Positions 58,285-64,000 of a DNA stretch of 64,000 nt are shown in pieces (the first letter of the stretch is position 1; every line of letters starts with the position of its first letter). Source of the DNA: Lachnospiraceae bacterium (GTDB lineage: Bacteria > Bacillota > Clostridia > Lachnospirales > Lachnospiraceae); contig JAGAQZ010000133.1 of NCBI GenBank assembly GCA_017622505.1, forward strand, positions 8,920 through 72,919. Direction: 5' to 3'. The translations under genes and the position numbers were made by a program. The notes under the pieces were generated by a model. The model was given only the letters and a program-made list of their open reading frames with translations. It ran no database searches and had not been told where the DNA came from.

Positions 58285-58313
58285 CCAGAGGACTATGAAA
58301 AATAGCCCTCTGG
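58285..58313 (-). terminator. Intrinsic terminator after flgE
   Basis: Minus strand CCAGAGGGCUAU-uuuuc-AUAGUCCUCUGG-UUGUUUAUU. Confidence 0.7.
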
Positions 58314-58326
58314 ATAAAAAATTTAA

Positions 58327-60303
58327 TTATCTCTTAAGATTTACAAGTTCTTCAAGTAATGTATCAGAAACTGTAATAATACGGCTGTTTGCCTGGAAAC
58401 CACGTTGTGTTGTAATCATCTCTGTAAATTCAGCAGAAAGGTCAACGTTACTCATTTCCAAAACACCGGTTGACATGTATCCGCCACCTGCGGTTACATC
58501 CACACCAATTCCGTCGAATTCGCCGGAGTTCAAGGTTGCACTGTAAAGATTCTCGCCTTCTTTCTGTAAGCCGGAAGCATTAGAGAAAGATGCTACCGCA
58601 ATCTGTCCCAGAAGTCTTGTCTGTCCATTGTCATAAGATGCATAAATCATACCGTTATTCTGGATAGACACGCCTGATAATTCACCAAGTTTACGTCCGG
58701 AACCAAGACCCTGCTTATCACCGGAAACCATACCAATTGTAGATGTCTTATTGTTGTTGAACATTGATGATGCAGTCCAATCAATAGAAACATCACTAAA
58801 ATGTGTCAAATCTACAGGATTACCGAGAATATCAACTGTATTTGCCGCAAAATCAAGCACTGCAGTATCTGCGCCGTTAATAGACTTAAACTCACCGGTT
58901 GCGGTATCATAAATCAATGTATTACCGGAAAGAATGGTTGTAGATGTAATTTGCGCCTGGCCATCGGGTGCTACCATAAATTCATAGGTAGTATTCGGCT
59001 TTGTTGTATCAACACCATATGCTTCTTCAATGGTAATTTCTTTTACGAAATTCGTTCCGTCATAGGTTGTATTTCCTTCAACAGTAAATTCTTGTGTAAA
59101 AGAAAATGATACATTACCATCTGCATCCATATTAGCCTGGAAATTCTGAAGTCCGTCTTTACCAAGTGCCTTTGCCCAAGCCGCCGCATCAGAATCATTA
59201 TTCAAAGTTACGGCATTGCCGTTTTCGTCAGTATAGTAATAATAGTTTCCATTTGTTGCGTCCGTAACATAAATTAAATCAAATGCCTCTTCCAAATCAT
59301 CTTTGGAAATAGTACCTTCACCATTTAATACAATCTTATCTCCTGCCGCATATGTAGAATCAGCTGCAACAGTATCCGGAACAGAATATGTAATACCGCT
59401 TACTCTCTTAGCATCATAATCAGAGAACGTTTCAGAAAGACCGGACTTTTTATAATATGTACCATCACCGGTAGGATCATAAGTTACTTCATCAAGCAAA
59501 GATGCCAATGTAGTTTCTTCCAAAACCTTTTCCTGACCAAATGTTGCAAGATCCTTGATGCTACCAAGATTATAACGGTCTACCAGAGACTCATTCGTAG
59601 CACCATCAAGAATATCTGTTAATTCAACAGTATACTGTCCTTCTTCTTCCAAGTTCTTAATTGCAAATTTCGCTGTATAAGAATATCCCAAACCATCGTA
59701 AATACTTACGCTGATTACCTTACCGTCCGCAGATGCTGCATTGGTATCGTTCTTGTCAAGAATACCTGAAACGTAAGCCTTGGTTGTTGCCTCAGGGGGA
59801 TATGTTAAATTGTCGGCACTCATAATTCTCAAAGGTTCAACAATATCCTGCTTGATTGTCTGTGTTGCAGGATCTACACCCCAACCCATAACGTTATAAC
59901 CGTTTGCTGTCATAGCAAGGTTACCTGCTGCATCCACATAGAACGAACCATCTCTTGTAAAATAGTTATTCATACCATCATTCACAATGAAGAAGGAATC
60001 GCCGGTAATTCTAATATCAAAAGGATTACCAGTTGTCTGTGTTGCACCTGCTGTTGTGATTGCTGTAGAAATCGCACCACTTGTAACACCAAGACCGATC
60101 TGCTTTGCATTCACACCTGCGGTACCGGTTGTTTCATTCGGTCCTGAAGCAGCCTGTGTTGTCTGATACATTAATTCACTAAATGTAATAGACTGAGATT
60201 TGTATGCAGTTGTATTTACGTTTGCAATGTTGTTACCAATAACGTCCATCTTAATCTGGTGGGTCTTTAAACCTGCTACACCAGAATATAATGCTCTCAT
60301 CAT
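58327..60303 (-). CDS. flgE: Flagellar hook protein FlgE (long form, 658 aa)
   Basis: N-terminal ALYSGVAGL...IGNNIANVNT; C-terminal LEMSNVDLSAEFTEMI.TQRGFQANSR; located after flgD. Confidence 0.95.
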   Translation of the reverse strand: MMRALYSGVAGLKTHQIKMDVIGNNIANVNTTAYKSQSITFSELMYQTTQAASGPNETTGTAGVNAKQIGLGVTSGAISTAITTAGATQTTGNPFDIRITGDSFFIVNDGMNNYFTRDGSFYVDAAGNLAMTANGYNVMGWGVDPATQTIKQDIVEPLRIMSADNLTYPPEATTKAYVSGILDKNDTNAASADGKVISVSIYDGLGYSYTAKFAIKNLEEEGQYTVELTDILDGATNESLVDRYNLGSIKDLATFGQEKVLEETTLASLLDEVTYDPTGDGTYYKKSGLSETFSDYDAKRVSGITYSVPDTVAADSTYAAGDKIVLNGEGTISKDDLEEAFDLIYVTDATNGNYYYYTDENGNAVTLNNDSDAAAWAKALGKDGLQNFQANMDADGNVSFSFTQEFTVEGNTTYDGTNFVKEITIEEAYGVDTTKPNTTYEFMVAPDGQAQITSTTILSGNTLIYDTATGEFKSINGADTAVLDFAANTVDILGNPVDLTHFSDVSIDWTASSMFNNNKTSTIGMVSGDKQGLGSGRKLGELSGVSIQNNGMIYASYDNGQTRLLGQIAVASFSNASGLQKEGENLYSATLNSGEFDGIGVDVTAGGGYMSTGVLEMSNVDLSAEFTEMITTQRGFQANSRIITVSDTLLEELVNLKR

Positions 60304-60384
60304 AATATTTGACCTCCCAATCGTTATTTTGACGTTTTCGTTTCCTCTGTCAGTCAGAAACGTTAGCCTCCTTGTAAGGTCCGG

Positions 60385-60783
60385 CTATGCAATTACTGCT
60401 CCGTCAATATTTGTAAAAATGTTTCCTCTGGCTTCTGTCTGATCTAATGCCGTGACCACCGTTTTATTCGGCACATTCACGATAAAAGCTAATTCATCTA
60501 CAATTACCAGAGAGTCTTTGATGCCTTTCTGACCTGCATTTCTAGCACCTTCCTGTAATCGTTCCATCTGCGTTTCAGATAATTCAATATTTCGTTCAAT
60601 TAATCTGCCGGCCGCATGTTTGGAAAATTTCAGTTCCGTGACCTGATTCTGTTCCGTTGTCCGGCTCAAAACCTCTTGGAATGATAATCCCGTTCCGATT
60701 TGTTGCCTCGGAATTGTTTTATTTACGGGAAGTTGTCCGCTTACCTGTAGGTTTGAAAGGAATTGACTGTTTTCAATCTTCAT
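60385..60783 (-). CDS. TIGR02530 family flagellar operon protein
   Basis: LKFSKHA..RL..RNI and KNKTVVTA...IFTNIDGAV-type motifs; lies between flgD and flgE. Confidence 0.9.
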   Translation of the reverse strand: MKIENSQFLSNLQVSGQLPVNKTIPRQQIGTGLSFQEVLSRTTEQNQVTELKFSKHAAGRLIERNIELSETQMERLQEGARNAGQKGIKDSLVIVDELAFIVNVPNKTVVTALDQTEARGNIFTNIDGAVIA

Positions 60784-60801
60784 CCTCATCCCTCCTTGGA
60801 A

Positions 60802-61536
60802 TTATTCGGTTACGGTTCCCTCCGCATTTTCAGTACCTTCTTCTGCGTCACCTTTATTTTCATTCTTAGCTGCTTCGTTCTTTGCAGCTTCTTCTGCTGC
60901 TGCAAGAAGTTCATTTAACTTATTTACATATTCGCTAATCACTTTTTCTTTTTCTTCACCAAGCATTTCTACCTGATAATCTGTCATGGTAGCATATGTA
61001 TTATAAATGTTAAGAATTGAGGTTGCGTCATTTAAGGTTACCTGTTCAATCTTCGGAAGCTTTTCAAGTTCTTTGTTAATGGTCGAAATCGCTTCAACCC
61101 CTGCCTGGTATTCATCATCTACAATCTGTACAACATCATCTACGGAATAAAGTGTACCGTCGATGCTTACATATGCTTTGTTACCTTGGTAACTTACGGA
61201 TTCTACCTGACCCTGTACCGTAGTTGTCTTTCCGGAATCGGAAGTGCTTTCTACGATTACTTCTTTACCAACCATTTCAGATGCTCTTGAAAGTGTCATA
61301 TTAGCACTCATATTCTGCATCTGCTCTAATTCAGAGAAGGTTGCATACTGAGAAATATATTCAGTATTCGAAGTCGGCTGAAGGGGATCCTGATATTTCA
61401 TCTGCGCTACCAATAACTGTAAAAACGCTTCTTTATCCATTGAGTTTGCGGATGCCGATGTTTTCGTTTCTTTTTTTGCGATTTGAGATGTATTTGTTAC
61501 CAATTCTCCATCTACAAAAGGTGCTGCTAAACTCAT
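60802..61536 (-). CDS. flgD: Flagellar hook capping protein FlgD
   Basis: KEAFLQLLVAQMKYQDPLQP...QYATFSELEQM. Confidence 0.96.
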   Translation of the reverse strand: MSLAAPFVDGELVTNTSQIAKKETKTSASANSMDKEAFLQLLVAQMKYQDPLQPTSNTEYISQYATFSELEQMQNMSANMTLSRASEMVGKEVIVESTSDSGKTTTVQGQVESVSYQGNKAYVSIDGTLYSVDDVVQIVDDEYQAGVEAISTINKELEKLPKIEQVTLNDATSILNIYNTYATMTDYQVEMLGEEKEKVISEYVNKLNELLAAAEEAAKNEAAKNENKGDAEEGTENAEGTVTE

Positions 61537-61548
61537 ATGTCGTTCCTC

Positions 61549-62907
61549 CTATGCCTTAAAATCTACTGTATTTCCGTCTGCTTCCATCATTTCTGCTACG
61601 AGTTGCTCTTCTTCTGTCAACTCTTCTTCCGTCCAATCACCGTTCAAATTAATACTGCGTGTTGAACTTCTTTTTGCCTCGGCCTGTGCCTGCGCATTCT
61701 CTTCATTGCTCTGCTGCATATTCTGGTTAAAAGCGTGGCTTTCAACGGTTACTTCTACAGCATCAACTTTAATACCTTGTTCCGCAAAGTTTTCTTTCAA
61801 CTGAATCAGCTGTACTTCCAAAGCAGCTTTAACCAATTCATTCTGTACCGTAAGCTGTGCGGTAACATTACCTTGCTTAGAACTTAAGTGAATGTGAAGT
61901 GTACCAAGGTTTTCGGGATTTAACTGCATCTCCACCTCGGAAATTCCGGGTTTGATGTTGGTTTTAATATATTCCCCGATTTGATCGTAAATCTCTTGCG
62001 TACTAAGATTGTTTCCTGTAATATTCTGGCTAAAATCTGTAGTAGTCTGATTTACTGTCTGTGTGTTATTTAGCTGGAATGAATTCTCCGATGCTACCTG
62101 ACCGTTTTCCGCCTGCTGTTCGTGTCCGTTGTTTCCTGCATGGTTTTCTTTGTTGGTCAATTCGGTTGTTTCTTTTACGGTTGTTTCATTTACAGCTGTT
62201 TCGTTTGCATCATTTGTATTACTTTCTTTTTCAGTACTCTGCTGAATATCTTCATCAGGTTCTTTTGAATCTGTTTCCTGAAGTGTCACTTCATCAGCAA
62301 CTACCTCCTGTGAAGCCATTTCATTTTCTGCAAACTGTCCAAGTGCTTTCTGCATCTGCGCGTCTGTTAACTGAAGTTCTTCTTTTACATTACCAAGAAG
62401 TTCCTCTGCAATTGCTGTCAGATCCTGTAAAGTCTGATATGCATCTGCATTGGTAAGCAATTCTACCGGTGTGGAAATCTGTTGAATTTCCATTACCAAA
62501 GCAGTCATACCTTCCTGTGTAAATAAAGATGCGTCTGTCAAACCTAACGTTTCCATTACTGTTTCCAACTCTTCTACAGAAATGTCAAGTTTATCAGCAA
62601 TTTCCCTTTTAAGTTCTTCTGCCGCCGCTTCCAGTTCTTTTTCTGCATTTTCAACATCTTGTGATTCAACCGCCTGCTCTTCTTGTACGGGTTGCTTCAA
62701 ATCATCTGCCTTCTTAGAGATGTTCATAGGCTTTTCCGTTACAGAAGTTTTCGTGGTAGGTGCCTGCTGAATTTCCATCCCATCGGATTTCTCCGCTGCC
62801 GTCTGAAAAATTCCTGCAAACTCACCGTTTTGCGAATCCATATTGCCCATATTATTACTGATATTGGCAATCATTTCTCCCAGCTGTGTTACTGTTGCAC
62901 TGGTCAT
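61549..62907 (-). CDS. fliK: Flagellar hook-length control protein FliK
   Basis: C-terminal MQLNPENLGTLHI...L.ENFAEQGI; located upstream of flgD. Confidence 0.93.
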   Translation of the reverse strand: MTSATVTQLGEMIANISNNMGNMDSQNGEFAGIFQTAAEKSDGMEIQQAPTTKTSVTEKPMNISKKADDLKQPVQEEQAVESQDVENAEKELEAAAEELKREIADKLDISVEELETVMETLGLTDASLFTQEGMTALVMEIQQISTPVELLTNADAYQTLQDLTAIAEELLGNVKEELQLTDAQMQKALGQFAENEMASQEVVADEVTLQETDSKEPDEDIQQSTEKESNTNDANETAVNETTVKETTELTNKENHAGNNGHEQQAENGQVASENSFQLNNTQTVNQTTTDFSQNITGNNLSTQEIYDQIGEYIKTNIKPGISEVEMQLNPENLGTLHIHLSSKQGNVTAQLTVQNELVKAALEVQLIQLKENFAEQGIKVDAVEVTVESHAFNQNMQQSNEENAQAQAEAKRSSTRSINLNGDWTEEELTEEEQLVAEMMEADGNTVDFKA

Positions 62908-62994
62908 CCAAACTCCTCCTTCCTTATGAATTTTTCAAGGTTCGTCACATATTTTGAAGTATTTTAACAAATACCTTATGTGCAATCACATATT

Positions 62995-63021
62995 ATATCG
63001 GCCAAAATCACTTTTTTCTTA
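62995..63021 (-). promoter_or_regulatory. Sigma-28 (SigD) promoter upstream of fliK
   Basis: TAAG-15 nt-GCCGATAT; the -35 overlaps the stop codon of the upstream gene. Confidence 0.85.
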
Positions 63022-63888
63022 ACTCTCAGGCTCCATAATTTTTGTAATTCTTGCTGCTACTTCAGGGTCCATAACACCTAAGATTTTACCGCGGTCATCC
63101 GGTTGCATTGCGCCTAAAATTTTAGCCGCCAGTTCTAAGTCATCCGTCATAGCCTCAAAAATCCCTGCAGCCTCTTTCGGCTTCATCTCCGAATAGGCTT
63201 GGGCATACTCTTCAATTTCTGCATCATACACTTCCTGCTGTACCACCTGCTGATAAATCAACTCCGCAGTCTCAGGGTCCATACTCTCATAATATTCAAT
63301 ATAAGCATTTACGCCGGGGCCGTTCTCACTATAAATAACTTCCTCGTAAAATTCTGTTTTAATGCGCTGGAATTCCACCTGATTATCTTCAAAAGTTTCC
63401 AAACGCCTTACTTCTTCCGTCAAAGCGGCAATCTGCGCTTCATAAGCCTCAATGGTCTCAATCTGGCTGTCAATTTGCGACTCGTATACCTTAATCTGAT
63501 TCACCGCATCCTTCAAACTGCTGTATCCGTAGTAGCTCTCCGTATCATCAGTCTCCGTAATCGTATCTGCCGGCAAAATTTTATTCAGCACAGGAATATC
63601 TTTCAGCAAAGGCGCCGCAATATTAGTGCCAATTCCCGCCACATCCAATTTAATCAAAAGAATGGTAATTCCAATCCAAATAACCACCAATAAAAGAGTA
63701 ACGAAAAACACAGCAACACCACTGCCGGAAGATTCGGAATCCAATTCCGCCTCTTGTGCCGCCAGTTCCTTTGCACGACGTTTTACTTCTTTTTTCTGTT
63801 TTTTCTTCTCCGCTTCCAGTTTCTTGCGTTCTGCTTTAATTCGGTCGCGTTCTATTTTCTCTTGTCTGTTCTCATCACGAGTTGCCAT
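63019..63888 (-). CDS. MotE/FlbB/YlxF-like flagellar protein (TM, coiled coil, MgtE-N-like domain)
   Basis: C-terminal YSEMKPKEAAGIFE...AAKILGAM...RGKILGVMDPEVAARIT; lies between fliJ and fliK. Confidence 0.85.
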   Translation of the reverse strand: MATRDENRQEKIERDRIKAERKKLEAEKKKQKKEVKRRAKELAAQEAELDSESSGSGVAVFFVTLLLVVIWIGITILLIKLDVAGIGTNIAAPLLKDIPVLNKILPADTITETDDTESYYGYSSLKDAVNQIKVYESQIDSQIETIEAYEAQIAALTEEVRRLETFEDNQVEFQRIKTEFYEEVIYSENGPGVNAYIEYYESMDPETAELIYQQVVQQEVYDAEIEEYAQAYSEMKPKEAAGIFEAMTDDLELAAKILGAMQPDDRGKILGVMDPEVAARITKIMEPES

Positions 63889-63900
63889 AAAATACTCCTT

Positions 63901-63999
63901 TTATTGGACATTTCTTGCCGAACGATAACTGTTCAACTGATCAATTTCCTTACTTTCCGCACGATTCTCTTCCTGTAAAAACTCCTCAAAAGCGTGCTC
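63901..63999 (-). CDS. fliJ: Flagellar export chaperone FliJ, 3' end (partial)
   Basis: Manual translation EHAFEEFLQEENRAESKEIDQLNSYRSARNVQ*; expected position upstream of the ylxF-like gene. Confidence 0.8.
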   Translation of the reverse strand, partial: EHAFEEFLQEENRAESKEIDQLNSYRSARNVQ

Positions 64000-64000
64000 T

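Noticed and set aside
1-64000. CRISPR arrays, tRNA/rRNA genes, IS/integrase/prophage genes, c-di-GMP riboswitch, defence systems
   Set aside because: None recognised by reading. The start of the flagellar operon, where a c-di-GMP riboswitch might sit, is beyond the right edge of the window.

Overview
Chromosomal segment of a motile, spore-forming clostridial bacterium. Gene content and order look like Lachnospiraceae, which is my inference and not a database result. Almost all genes are on the minus strand. 1-9.6 kb: 5' end of spoIVA, a membrane/beta-propeller protein, a HAD nucleotidase, the DUF512-der-plsY-gpsA block and divergent prs. 9.7-15.3 kb: accessory block of CPBP protease-XRE-DUF3169 and lipoprotein-LytTR regulator-GHKL kinase. 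15.5-33.6 kb: tyrS, a putative glycoside hydrolase, and the ylxM-ffh-rpsP-khpA-rimM-trmD-rplS-lepB-rbgA-lepB-rnhB-(FliK-like)-(FlhB-like)-yraN region, with two inserted accessory loci (a catalytically degenerate beta-lactamase-fold membrane protein and a NatAB-like ABC exporter fused to a CPBP domain). 34-64 kb: a large flagellar/chemotaxis cluster from the fliJ 3' end through fliA/sigD, interrupted by an oppositely oriented ferritin-like gene with a sigma-K-like promoter. I saw no rRNA, tRNA, CRISPR array, integrase or transposase. The most interesting observations: (1) cheB lacks its receiver domain and has no canonical start codon upstream of its catalytic serine; (2) an orphan ~143-nt rod-like hairpin upstream of ylxM-ffh; (3) a serine-hydrolase-fold protein with all three catalytic motifs replaced; (4) three phased TGACAA-N6-TTGTCA operators over the CPBP-XRE-DUF3169 promoter; (5) a LytTR-type 21-bp-period direct repeat upstream of the lipoprotein gene; (6) a probable ATT start for yraN. 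I cannot claim a clearly new multi-gene system from the sequence alone; these are leads.
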